This document shows positions 1 to 9,037 of a stretch of DNA of 64,000 nt, piece after piece. Position 1 is the first letter of the stretch. Every line of letters begins with the position of its first letter. The DNA is taken from contig OZ252100.1 of NCBI GenBank assembly GCA_965248435.1, positions 2,240,001 through 2,304,000 of the forward strand, written 5' to 3'. The position numbers were made by a program, and so were the translations under genes. The notes under the pieces are model-generated. The model searched no databases, was not told where the DNA came from, and was given only the letters and a program-made list of their open reading frames with translations. This DNA is from Candidatus Latescibacterota bacterium. GTDB lineage: Bacteria; Latescibacterota; UBA2968; GCA-2709665.

Positions 1-1
1 G

Positions 2-178
2 AAAGTTCTGTACTTCTTCGAGCATCAGGACCCTGAACACGGTGGCGGTGGACCACCAGAGATGGGGGGCGGTCCTTCTGCGGAATCCGTCGGGGGTATG
101 GTCACCAAAATGATTCGAAACACCCAAAACGAGATCAAGCAACTGCAACAAGAGATCCGCAAAGCACGAGCAAGGTGA
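2..178 (+). CDS. 3' end of hypothetical protein, apparent paralog of the downstream repeat protein (partial at window edge)
   Basis: Manual translation KVLYFFEHQDPEHGGGGPPEMGGGPSAESVGGMVTKMIRNTQNEIKQLQQEIRKARAR*; resembles KALIFFHHEGGPDEH...GGPPDINKLLDDMLRHVNEAIAHLE of the next ORF. Confidence 0.75.
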   Translation, partial: KVLYFFEHQDPEHGGGGPPEMGGGPSAESVGGMVTKMIRNTQNEIKQLQQEIRKARAR

Positions 179-230
179 CGTGGCCGCTTGGGGTCTAACG
201 AAATCTTTCACACGATCGAAAGGACGTAGG

Positions 231-1919
231 ATGGATGTCTTTAAGTTTACACTCAGATTGTTGACCGTGACGGTCGCACTTGGGATCGCCACAGCCGCGG
301 AGTCCGACCATCACGAGCAAATGGGTCCAGAGATGACCCCGGAGCAGGTCATCCAGGATCTGATCCCAACAGCGCTTCAGGAGACCTTCAGGACCACGCT
401 GGCGGTCGAGAATGCGACTGAAGGCGTGCACGAGTCTGGCGATCCGCAGGCGATCATCGCAGCCGAGCTACAGATGATGCAGAGCGTCAGAGGGACGCTC
501 GAACAGACCAGGGCCTACGTGGCGAACGCCAGCGATGCAGAAAAAGAAAACATCGCAAAGGCGCTCATCTTCTTCCACCACGAGGGCGGCCCGGATGAGC
601 ATCACGGACCTGGCGGGCCGCATCCCGGCATGCCTCCTGGCGGAATGCCCCCTGGTGGACAGCCTTGTGGACCGGGCGGGCCTCCTGGCGGACAGCCCTG
701 TGGCGGTCCTCCAGATATCAACAAACTGCTCGATGATATGCTTCGCCACGTCAATGAGGCGATAGCACATTTGGAACGGGGTGAGATGCCGCCTGACGAC
801 CATCCGGGCGGACCGGGCCAGCATCCACAGGGACAGCCTGGTCAGGGACCCGGCGGACCGGGTCAGCATCCACAGGGACAGCCTGGACAGGGGCCCGGCG
901 GACCGGGTCAGCACCCACAGGGACAGCCTGGACAGGGGCCCGGCGGACCGGGTCAGCACCCACAGGGACAGCCTGGACAGGGGCCCGGCGGACCGGGTCA
1001 GCACCCACAGGGACAGCCTGGACAGGGACCTGGCGGACCGCAGGGCCAGCACCCACAGGGACAGCCTGGACAGGGACCTGGCGGACCGCAGGGCCAGCAT
1101 CCACAGGGACAGCCTGGTCAGGGACCCGGCGGACCGGGTCAGCATCCACAGGGACAGCCTGGACAGGGACCCGGCGGACCGGGTCAGCACCCACAGGGAC
1201 AGCCTGGACAGGGACCCGGCGGACCGGGTCAGCATCCACAGGGACAGCCTGGACAGGGACCCGGCGGACCGGGTCAGCACCCACAGGGACAGCCTGGACA
1301 GGGACCCGGCGGACCGGGTCAGCACCCACAGGGACAGCCTGGACAGGGACCCGGCGGACCGGGTCAGCACCCACAGGGACAGCCTGGTCAGGGGCCCGGA
1401 GGACCGGGCGAGCATCCACAGGGACATCCTGGTCAGGGGCCCGGCGGACCCATGGGTGGACAGCCCTGCGGACCGATGGGCGGCCAGCCCTGCGGGCCGA
1501 TGGGAGAACACCCGGAGATGCCAGAGGCACCTGAATGCTCAGACGCACTCCGAGACGCCGAGCTCCAGCCGCAGGCGACAGACGTTCCGGTTGGCGAAAC
1601 GATGGGCAACCTGATCTTCCGCACGGTGTGCAACATGCCGGGCTGGGATACGAACGCAATTACCCTACCGGCCGGTCGCGCTGCCGGCGGTTTCGACGTC
1701 GAAGCTTCGACCCACGACCCCAGCGGGGTCGCTTTCGAGATCCGTGTTGAGGGGGGCCCTACCGTCTACCATTCCAGTATGGGTGGAGCGGCGTTGCAGG
1801 GCCTGATCCTTGAAGACAACAACCCGTCAAGTACGGGCAAATACACGATCGCCCTGGATGCGGGGGGATCCGCTCCAGGGGCTCGAATCACGATTCGGTT
1901 CGTCGATCATCCGAAATGA
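231..1919 (+). CDS. Secreted Gly/Pro/Gln/His tandem-repeat protein
   Basis: ATG at 231 after AAAGGA; signal peptide MDVFKFTLRLLTVTVALGIATAA; helical N-domain, 14 repeats, C-terminal beta-rich domain. Confidence 0.85.
   Translation: MDVFKFTLRLLTVTVALGIATAAESDHHEQMGPEMTPEQVIQDLIPTALQETFRTTLAVENATEGVHESGDPQAIIAAELQMMQSVRGTLEQTRAYVANASDAEKENIAKALIFFHHEGGPDEHHGPGGPHPGMPPGGMPPGGQPCGPGGPPGGQPCGGPPDINKLLDDMLRHVNEAIAHLERGEMPPDDHPGGPGQHPQGQPGQGPGGPGQHPQGQPGQGPGGPGQHPQGQPGQGPGGPGQHPQGQPGQGPGGPGQHPQGQPGQGPGGPQGQHPQGQPGQGPGGPQGQHPQGQPGQGPGGPGQHPQGQPGQGPGGPGQHPQGQPGQGPGGPGQHPQGQPGQGPGGPGQHPQGQPGQGPGGPGQHPQGQPGQGPGGPGQHPQGQPGQGPGGPGEHPQGHPGQGPGGPMGGQPCGPMGGQPCGPMGEHPEMPEAPECSDALRDAELQPQATDVPVGETMGNLIFRTVCNMPGWDTNAITLPAGRAAGGFDVEASTHDPSGVAFEIRVEGGPTVYHSSMGGAALQGLILEDNNPSSTGKYTIALDAGGSAPGARITIRFVDHPK
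804..1439 (+). repeat. Coding tandem repeat, 14 units (12 x 45 bp, 2 x 48 bp) encoding PGGP(Q)GQHPQGQPGQG
   Basis: Repeated ccggcggaccgggtcagcayccacagggacagcctggwcaggg; units 6-7 carry an extra CAG codon. Confidence 0.95.
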
Positions 1920-1941
1920 TCGGAAGGAAGGCGCGTCATGA

Positions 1942-1982
1942 AAAGAGCCGTCGGTCTCGCGACCGGTGGCTCTTTCTTTATT
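1942..1982 (+). terminator. Intrinsic terminator
   Basis: aaagagccgtcggtc-tcgc-gaccggtggctcttt hairpin followed by T-rich tract. Confidence 0.75.
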
Positions 1983-2126
1983 TAGCACAACGGGCCCCTG
2001 ATAGCCGGGGCAAGCCGCTAACTGCTTAAATTATCAAAATCTATCGGGCGATTTCGCTATTCGTCACCCGTAGTCTTTTCTAGTGTCAAGATTCAAATTG
2101 CAATCTTGGAGAAAAATTGTTTAACA

Positions 2127-2142
2127 TGTGACTGAAATCACG
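2127..2142. promoter_or_regulatory. CRP/FNR-family-like site
   Basis: TGTGA-ctgaaa-TCACG, one mismatch from TGTGA-N6-TCACA, in AT-rich DNA upstream of 2201. Confidence 0.4.
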
Positions 2143-2200
2143 TCTCTCACGCAGCTAAAGTTCCTATCATTCATATCAAGATCAGCTAGGGAGAAGGAGA

Positions 2201-2368
2201 ATGGCCGTTCCCGAAAACGTGGTAGATCGAGACAGCCTGATCGAGTTGGTCAGAGCCGGCAACAGCCCTGAAAAGATCGCTCAGATGTTTCGTGTGGATG
2301 TGAGCATTCTACAGGATATGATCAAGCGACTCGAAGAGAATGGATACTATGATTTGCTTCGGAGTTAA
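2201..2368 (+). CDS. Small HTH-like protein (55 aa), absent from ORF track
   Basis: RBS GGAGAAGGAGA; MAVPENVVDRDSLIELVRAGNSPEKIAQMFRVDVSILQDMIKRLEENGYYDLLRS*; HTH-like GxSxxxIAxxFxVxxxxL pattern; ends 6 bp before the response regulator. Confidence 0.75.
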   Translation: MAVPENVVDRDSLIELVRAGNSPEKIAQMFRVDVSILQDMIKRLEENGYYDLLRS

Positions 2369-2374
2369 TACCTG

Positions 2375-2758
2375 ATGGAATCAAAACGAATCCTTGTCAT
2401 TGACGATGAGCCGCAAGTCTGTGGCCTGCTGAAGAGTCTCCTGGAGAAGGCCGGCTACGAAGTCGAAACGGTGGGTGACCCGTCCGAGACGGTCGCGTCT
2501 CTCCTCGTGCAGCGCTATGACCTGGTTACCGTCGACCTCAAGATGCCGGGCATGGACGGCACGGATGTCGCAACCCTTGCCCAGACCATCGACGACACCG
2601 TGCCTATCCTGGTCATCTCAGCATTCCTTAATCCAGAAGTCCGACGCCAGTTTGAACAATCTGGTGTCCACCACTTTGTAGAAAAGCCCTTCCAAAAGTC
2701 CAATCTCCTGGCCACAGTCGAAACGGCCCTCCAGGAGGCCGAACCGCACACAGCATAA
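2375..2758 (+). CDS. Single-domain response regulator (receiver only)
   Basis: ILVIDDE, DLKMPGMDG phospho-acceptor, ISA, KPF motifs. Confidence 0.93.
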   Translation: MESKRILVIDDEPQVCGLLKSLLEKAGYEVETVGDPSETVASLLVQRYDLVTVDLKMPGMDGTDVATLAQTIDDTVPILVISAFLNPEVRRQFEQSGVHHFVEKPFQKSNLLATVETALQEAEPHTA

Positions 2759-2842
2759 CTGTCAAAGGACACAAAGAGAAAGGACGCCTGCCTGAAGCCG
2801 GCGCCCTTTCTTTGTTGTATACCTTCTTCTGGATCTCTTGCT

Positions 2843-3634
2843 CTAAACCTCCACGTCCCCGAGGCCCTCGATGCTCCCCTCGTGAATCTCAATCTCCTCC
2901 CGCTTCCGCACCCGATCGACCTGCCCGTCCCTCAAGTCCACAACCCGGTTCGAAACCCCCAGCATCTTGTGATCGTGGGTATTGGTTACGATGGTCACCC
3001 CGTTTTCTTCCTGGAGATGCTTGAGCATTTCAATAATTTCCTGTCCGGTCCTCAGATCCAGATTCCCTGTCGGTTCATCGGCCAGAATAAGGTCAGGATC
3101 ATTGGCCATAGCCCGTGCGATGGCCACACGCTGCTGCTGGCCCCCGGATAGCTCGAACGGTTTGTGATCCAGCCGATCCTTCAATTTCACGAGTTCCAGC
3201 TTGTGGGCCGCCCTTTCCTCATACTCCGACTTCTTCATTCCAGAGAACACCATGGGAAGGGCGACATTCTCGAGGGCAGTCATCACCGGAATCAGGTTAA
3301 ACGTCTGAAAGATGTATCCGATGTTGTGACACCTATGATACGCGATTTGCGCCTGACTCAGGCTTCCCATGTCGATCCCGTTCACGAGCACACTCCCCTT
3401 CGACGGCCGGTCGAGTGCGCCAATCATGTTGAACAGGGTGGTCTTGCCTGATCCGGACGGTCCCATGACCGAAAGATATTCGCCTCGAATCACATCGACG
3501 GACACGCCCTTAAGGGCGTGGACCTCAGCGTCGCCCATAATGTAGGTCTTCCAGACCTCCCGGATCGTGATGATATCATCGACCTCTTCATCCTCAACGG
3601 CCTGACGCCCCTCAGGAACCTCTGCCATTTTCAT
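2843..3634 (-). CDS. ABC transporter ATP-binding protein (LolD/MacB-like)
   Basis: [34 protein letters not shown]; no permease adjacent. Confidence 0.92.
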   Translation of the reverse strand: MKMAEVPEGRQAVEDEEVDDIITIREVWKTYIMGDAEVHALKGVSVDVIRGEYLSVMGPSGSGKTTLFNMIGALDRPSKGSVLVNGIDMGSLSQAQIAYHRCHNIGYIFQTFNLIPVMTALENVALPMVFSGMKKSEYEERAAHKLELVKLKDRLDHKPFELSGGQQQRVAIARAMANDPDLILADEPTGNLDLRTGQEIIEMLKHLQEENGVTIVTNTHDHKMLGVSNRVVDLRDGQVDRVRKREEIEIHEGSIEGLGDVEV

Positions 3635-3712
3635 CTCTCTTGTGAAAAGTTACCCTGCTCGAACATGCTACATTATGGTAAGGCAAACCACTCTGAACTG
3701 TCAAGGCCTTTT

Positions 3713-4845
3713 GGATCGGGACCCCTCCCTCGGTCCCTCCCCTAAAGGGGAGGGAAGGCAGAAGCCATCTGCGGTGACAGTCAACTAACGCGTCCTCGTC
3801 GCTGCTAACGAGCTCTATTGCACCGCTGAATGCCATCCGGGCCGCGGTGTGCGACTCCCTTGCAACCAGCTGATGAACGTATCTCGTATCTCGTGAAGCG
3901 TATCTCGTCCGAGGTATACCGTAGTTCAGAAAGACGATCAGGAAAATACAACACGAATTCTGCGAAATTAGGATCCTTGTTCGTGGATCGCAGACCCCTC
4001 CCTCGGTCCCTCCCCTGAAGGGGGAGGGAAGGTTAGAGCCATCACCCTCGCGAAATCAACTTCCTCCGATTTCACTGTGACCCTTGCTACTCCCCCCTTC
4101 CCTTTAGGGAAGGGGGGCCGGGGGGGGTTAGGTCCGAGATACGAGATGCGAAATACGAGGTACGGGTTTCCGGCCGCCGGAGGCATGGGGTTCTTGGGTG
4201 GGGCGAACAGATTAGGGAGCAACGAGAGATAGCCACTTTTTCCTCTTGCCCTTCCCTAGATTCGGTGAAGAGCCTGTAAGGTTCTTCTCCAAATGTTGGG
4301 GTTAAGGTAATATGCTCTATTGTAGAACTCGCTGACTTGCCGGCGGCCCTGGGACTCTCGAAATGCATCGCTCAAAGTGATCAGGGCCGCGGTGTGCGAC
4401 TCCTATGCAACCTCGTTCTTTCACCTCCCACGCGATTAGCCCTCTGCGCCGGTCCCATAGTGGACGTCAAGCGGGGCAGGAGTCCCGCCCTGATTGCCGC
4501 CACTGTCCTTTCCACTGAGGGTGAGGTGCCGCGGCCCGAGCCCCCGCGGCGTTTGAGCGGCGCCCTTCTTTTGCCTTCGGGCGCGGCACGCCGCGCCCCT
4601 ACGGCGAAATCTTGGAGTGTAGGGGCACAGCCGCGCTGTGCCCAAGGGCGGCGGTTGCGGTAGCCCTTTTCTTGTGGCGAGACAAGAAAAGTAGGCCGCC
4701 GGAGGCATGGGGTTCTTGGGTGGCGCGAACAGCTTAGGGAGCAAGGAGAGATAGCCACTTTTTCCTCGAAATCTGCTCATGCCCTCCCCTAAATTCGGTG
4801 AAGAGCCTTAGCAAAGGGGGGGTCTGGGGGGGGGTTAGGTCCGAT
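3713..4845. repeat. Composite non-coding REP/MITE-like repeat region
   Basis: cctcccct-aa-aggggagg-type hairpins (~3720, ~3994), ccccccttccctttagggaagggggg (~4092), ~105 bp direct repeats 4172-4275/4694-4807, GTAG-type REP pair 4578-4643, 7-mer cgtatct/agatacg arrays. Confidence 0.8.
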
Positions 4846-4864
4846 CCACGATCAACAGTCTTAT

Positions 4865-6334
4865 CTAGGCATCCAGCTCGCGAGCCGCACTCGCTCCGGC
4901 AATTCGCCCGAAGACCGCACCTGCCATCATCCCCGCACCCGATGGATAGTTCCGGTGCCAAAGTCCGCCCACCATCTCCCCTGCCGCGAAGAGCCCTGGA
5001 ATCGGCCGGTCCTCCTCGTGGACTACTTTCGTTTCGGGCGTGATCTTAAGACCGCCATAGGTGAACGTGAGTCCGCACGCAACCGGGAAGCCCTCGAAGG
5101 GCGGCTTCTCCAGCGGGAGCGCCCAGTTGCTCTTGGGTGGGGCAATGCCTGCCGTGCCTTTTCCATCCAGCCTGAAGGCGTCAAACTCCCCGGACTGAAC
5201 GGAAGCGTTGTACTCCCCCACCGTGCGGGCAAAGCCCGGGACGTCTAGAATGTCCAGCTTCTTTCCAAGCCCTGCCAGGGTGTTGTCAGAAAAACCCGTG
5301 GCCTCCTCGTAGCCGTGGATGAGGTCCAGCTCTCGGTGCCTGCGGTCGAAGATCTGAAACGCCGTCCCCTGCGGTTGCGCAAGAATGGCTCGCCCGGTCT
5401 TCGCGTAAGTGAGGCCGCGCCAGGTCTCGCCCTCGTCGATGAACCGACGACCTTGGAGGTTCACGGTGATGCCGAAGGGGTAGGCATACCGGCTCCAGAA
5501 GTCCCCTCTCACGCCCGGACCCGGTTTGTCACTCGACGGACGGTTAAGGTCCTGAGGCGAAGCGTGGCAGTCGGACCAGCTTCCGAACGGCAGGGCGCCG
5601 ATCTCCTGCGCCATGGTCAGCCCATCTCCGCTGTTGTAAGGCACGCCGCGGAGCTTGACTCGCTCCCACTCGGGCCCGAGGAAACGCGCGCGCATCTCCG
5701 GATTGGACTCGAAGCTGCCGCAGGCCAGGATCACCGCTCCGGCGTGGATGTTGAGGTCCCCTTTCAGGGTCTTCGTCCTCACCCCTGTGACGCGGCCCCC
5801 GGAATCCGTGAGTAGCCCTACCGCCTGTGTATCGTATTGCGCGGTCCCCCCCAGTTCTTCGAACGTCGCGAACCACTGCTCCTGGAGCCCATAACCGCCG
5901 CCGTTGAACGAGGCGACGTTGGCAGAAGTCGGGTTTGTGTATGTGGGGACCCAGCTGTGTCCGTGCGACGCCATCCATCGCACCGTCTCCGCTGCCCGTG
6001 TGACCAGGATCTCCGCCAGCTCGGCGTCGCACTTGCCCTCTGTGACGGTCATGATGTTGTCATAATACTCCGTAGAGGTATATCGCGCTGACCGCTCGAC
6101 CATCCGTCCGAGTTCCTCATGGGATATGCCGGGAACAAGCGACGCCAGATCCTCCGCACCATCGTAAGGAAACCGCATGTGTACGGTCAGGGCGCTGTTC
6201 CCACCGCGATGTCGTCGCGGCGCCTTCTCCAGGACGACGACATCCACGCCCCGTTCGCGCGCAGCCACCGCGGCGGACAGCGCAGCGTTTCCAGCGCCGA
6301 CGACTACCACCTGCGTGTAAGCGTCATTGTCCAT
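4865..6334 (-). CDS. FAD-dependent oxidoreductase, tricarballylate dehydrogenase TcuA-like
   Basis: VVVVGAGNAA FAD motif, RGGNS, ILACGSFESN, LTFTYGGL, GLFAAGEMVGG..NYPSGAG. Confidence 0.85.
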   Translation of the reverse strand: MDNDAYTQVVVVGAGNAALSAAVAARERGVDVVVLEKAPRRHRGGNSALTVHMRFPYDGAEDLASLVPGISHEELGRMVERSARYTSTEYYDNIMTVTEGKCDAELAEILVTRAAETVRWMASHGHSWVPTYTNPTSANVASFNGGGYGLQEQWFATFEELGGTAQYDTQAVGLLTDSGGRVTGVRTKTLKGDLNIHAGAVILACGSFESNPEMRARFLGPEWERVKLRGVPYNSGDGLTMAQEIGALPFGSWSDCHASPQDLNRPSSDKPGPGVRGDFWSRYAYPFGITVNLQGRRFIDEGETWRGLTYAKTGRAILAQPQGTAFQIFDRRHRELDLIHGYEEATGFSDNTLAGLGKKLDILDVPGFARTVGEYNASVQSGEFDAFRLDGKGTAGIAPPKSNWALPLEKPPFEGFPVACGLTFTYGGLKITPETKVVHEEDRPIPGLFAAGEMVGGLWHRNYPSGAGMMAGAVFGRIAGASAARELDA

Positions 6335-6428
6335 GGCTTTGGTAAACCCGTTGTATTTGATTCGACGTTGTCATAATTTGAACAACCTAAGGTCAGACTA
6401 CAGCAATCTTTTCTTTTGAGGCTAGCCA

Positions 6429-7367
6429 ATGCCTGGAAGGCTCGTCTATTTCAACGGAGAATTCGTTCCCGAATCCGAAGCCCGAATCTCCATCTTCGAT
6501 TCGGCGCTCACATTCGGGGACATGGTATACGAAGTTACGCGCTCGTTCCAACAGAAACCGTATTGTCTGAGAGATCACCTCGAGCGGCTTTATGCCTCCG
6601 TCCGCTATGCAGAAATCGACCTGGGACTGACCATCGATGAGATGGAGGCCGCCACCCAGGAGACGATCGAGCGCAACCTCCCGGTTTTGGAGGGAAGCGA
6701 CTTCCAGATCTTACACGACGTCACTAGAGGCGCCCGCGCCTTTTATGAAGGAATCCTCAGAGAAGGCCTTGGGCCGGTCGTCTGCATCTCTTGCTTCCCG
6801 CTCATCCCCCGCACGGGGAGGCAGGCCGATATGTATGAAAACGGCGTCCACGCTGTCATCACGCCGCAGCAATCTGTGCCCTCTCGCTTCATCGATCCCA
6901 AGGCGAAGAACCGCAGCCGCATCTTTTACAAACTCGCGGACCTCCACGCCAACCGGCTGGAGGAGGGTGCCTGGGCCCTGCTCACAGACGAGCGGGGGTT
7001 TATCACCGAAGGCATCGGAAGCAACTTCTTCATCGCTCGCGGCGGAGAGATCCTCACACCGAAACCTCACAATGTCCTGCGCGGGATCTCCCGTCGAACC
7101 TGCTTCGAGCTCGCCGACCGGCTCGGGATTCCCGCCCGCGAGGCCAACATCGAGCCCTACGATGTACGCGCGGCGGACGAGGCCTGGCTCTCATCCACCC
7201 CGTTTTGTATCCTGCCCGTCGCCCGGTTCAATTTTCAGCCAGTCGGTCCCGGAAAACCCGGTCCCATCTATCGGGCCCTGCTGGCCGCCTGGTCAGAATT
7301 CGTAGGCGTAGACATCGCCGGCCAGGCCCGGGAATACGCCGAGCGACTCAAGACCTGGAAAACGTAG
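6429..7367 (+). CDS. Class IV PLP aminotransferase (IlvE/D-amino acid aminotransferase family)
   Basis: ISIFDSALTFGDMVYE, HLERL, catalytic Lys in IDPKAKNRSR, EGIGSNFF, LRGISR. Confidence 0.9.
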   Translation: MPGRLVYFNGEFVPESEARISIFDSALTFGDMVYEVTRSFQQKPYCLRDHLERLYASVRYAEIDLGLTIDEMEAATQETIERNLPVLEGSDFQILHDVTRGARAFYEGILREGLGPVVCISCFPLIPRTGRQADMYENGVHAVITPQQSVPSRFIDPKAKNRSRIFYKLADLHANRLEEGAWALLTDERGFITEGIGSNFFIARGGEILTPKPHNVLRGISRRTCFELADRLGIPAREANIEPYDVRAADEAWLSSTPFCILPVARFNFQPVGPGKPGPIYRALLAAWSEFVGVDIAGQAREYAERLKTWKT

Positions 7368-7458
7368 AGACGGACGGCGGACCGAGGACGGCAGACTGCT
7401 CAATGAATAGAGTGATACTCAGGCTCGAGCGGTCCGCGGTCAGTGGTCTGCGGTCGGA
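7368..7458. repeat. Inverted pair of 7-bp tandem repeat arrays
   Basis: gacggcg/gaccgag/gacggca ... cggtccg/cggtcag/tggtctg; same family at 20862-20940 and 22213-22300. Confidence 0.65.
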
Positions 7459-7538
7459 CATAGCTCTTTTGACTCGCGGAAAAGCCCCAGGGCTAGGCTC
7501 GCCACCGGGGCTCTAATCTAATCTATTTCTTCTCTCTC

Positions 7539-8033
7539 TCACGGAAGCTCGATCGTGCCCTCCACCTCGCAGATGAACCGATCTCCCAGCAGGGCGCAAT
7601 CGAATTTACTTCCTCCCGTCATCCCCTTGAATCGGCCCGAGCCGTTAAAGTAGACGGCCGTCCCTACATCTCTCCCTCCGGAAACCTTCCCGGTCCACTC
7701 CTCAAAGTAGGTCGACCCATCAGCGAAGGTGAACTTTCCGTACCCCTGATCCTTTCCAGTACCGTCCGCCCTGTAGTCCCCGGTACCCCAGATTTCGATC
7801 TTGTAGGGGGGTTCTTCCGGTCCTTCTCTGCGTATGCCCAAACCCTTCGCTTCGAAAAGCGCGATGAAGTGCCCGGGTTCATCGCCTACGACAATCGTGT
7901 CGAATCGCGTGGCGAAGTTGATGTGTTGCGATTGGAACCTTATCTTCTCGCCGGCTGAAGCGGGCTGCCTTGTGACGCCGACCAGAGCCAGAAACCCAGC
8001 GATGATTGCCAAGAACAGCAACTTTCCTCGCAT
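7539..8033 (-). CDS. Secreted hypothetical beta-barrel protein
   Basis: Signal peptide ending ASA; C-terminal GSGRFKGMTG motif of small beta-barrel families. Confidence 0.75.
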   Translation of the reverse strand: MRGKLLFLAIIAGFLALVGVTRQPASAGEKIRFQSQHINFATRFDTIVVGDEPGHFIALFEAKGLGIRREGPEEPPYKIEIWGTGDYRADGTGKDQGYGKFTFADGSTYFEEWTGKVSGGRDVGTAVYFNGSGRFKGMTGGSKFDCALLGDRFICEVEGTIELP

Positions 8034-8094
8034 ACGATCCCCCTCGTCAGTTATAAACGACGTCTGCTTTTTACCTCACAACCGCGGTCCGCGG

Positions 8095-8736
8095 TCAAGC
8101 ATGGCGTGTTTCTACGTCAGGGCCGCGGGCCACGGCGACCCCGATCATGCTGTCACGCGTGACCAGGTCGGCAAGCTCTTCCTCACCCATCTGCTCCGTG
8201 CCAGGCGGGCGTTCAGGAATGACCAGATAACGCATGTCCGCCGTGCTGTCGTAGACGCGTACCTCCACTTCCTCGTCCAGCTCAAGACCAAACTCTCCTA
8301 AGACAGCTCGCGGCTCTTCCACCATTCTGGATCTGTAGTTCAAACTCTTGTACCAGGCAGGAGGATATCCGAGCAGCGCCCGTGGATAGCAGGAACAGAG
8401 CGTACATACGATCACGTTATGCACCTCTCCCGAATTCTCCACGGCCGCAACAACCGGGTCCCGGCCGGTGTCCATCCCCAGCTCTCCGATCGCAGCGTTC
8501 GCATCGGCCAGGAGACGCGCCTTGAACGCCGGATCCATCCACGCCCTTGCGATCACGCGAGCGCCCTGGGCAGGCGTACGTGAATCCGTGTCCTCCACCT
8601 GCCGCCGGACCTCATCCGCCGTCACGATCCCTTTCTCGACCAGGAGGGACTGGATCGCACGCGTCCGCTTCTCGTAAACGGTCACCTCGGACGCGTCTTC
8701 GATCGGCGCGTGCTCATCGTGATTGTGGTCGACCAA
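8095..8736 (-). CDS. Nitrile hydratase alpha / thiocyanate hydrolase gamma subunit (Co-type motif)
   Basis: VCTLCSCYPR metal motif, GARVIARAWMDPAFK, PPAWYKS, DSTADMRYLVIPERP; probable TTG start at 8736 after GAGGCGGAG. Confidence 0.93.
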   Translation of the reverse strand: MVDHNHDEHAPIEDASEVTVYEKRTRAIQSLLVEKGIVTADEVRRQVEDTDSRTPAQGARVIARAWMDPAFKARLLADANAAIGELGMDTGRDPVVAAVENSGEVHNVIVCTLCSCYPRALLGYPPAWYKSLNYRSRMVEEPRAVLGEFGLELDEEVEVRVYDSTADMRYLVIPERPPGTEQMGEEELADLVTRDSMIGVAVARGPDVETRHA

Positions 8737-8749
8737 ACTCCGCCTCTTT

Positions 8750-9034
8750 TCAGGCTGGCTCCATCCAATGTTCATAGATATCGATCAGCAGCTGATCCTG
8801 TGATTCCCCATCATACTTCGGCCAGACCGCGCATTCATCGAAGCGCACCAGATACAGAAACTGCTTCGGAAGGCCGTCTCCACCGTGCGCGAGTGACTCC
8901 GGATCGTGAAAGGCGCCGTGCACCGTTTCGACCCGGCCGATCTTTCCCTGGATGTAAGCAGGTGTCCGGATGTGTCGAGGAGACTCATCTACCCGAATCC
9001 GCACGCCATCTCCCGTTTTGAATCTCGCGTCCAT
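8750..9034 (-). CDS. Nitrile hydratase beta C-terminal SH3-like half (ScnA-like)
   Basis: RFKTGDGVRI, HIRTPAYIQGKIG, LYLVRF...VW, IDIYEHWMEP. Confidence 0.9.
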   Translation of the reverse strand: MDARFKTGDGVRIRVDESPRHIRTPAYIQGKIGRVETVHGAFHDPESLAHGGDGLPKQFLYLVRFDECAVWPKYDGESQDQLLIDIYEHWMEPA

Positions 9035-9037
9035 ATC

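Noticed and set aside
804-1439. 45-bp repeat array as a CRISPR array or collagen
   Set aside because: No unique spacers, unit length is a multiple of 3 inside a signal-peptide ORF, no cas genes; Gly is not at every third residue
468-1659. Long alternative-frame ORFs over the repeat
   Set aside because: By-products of a stop-free GC-rich tandem repeat
3745-4860. Short ORFs in the repeat mosaic
   Set aside because: Translations reflect REP sequence; no RBS or domain motifs
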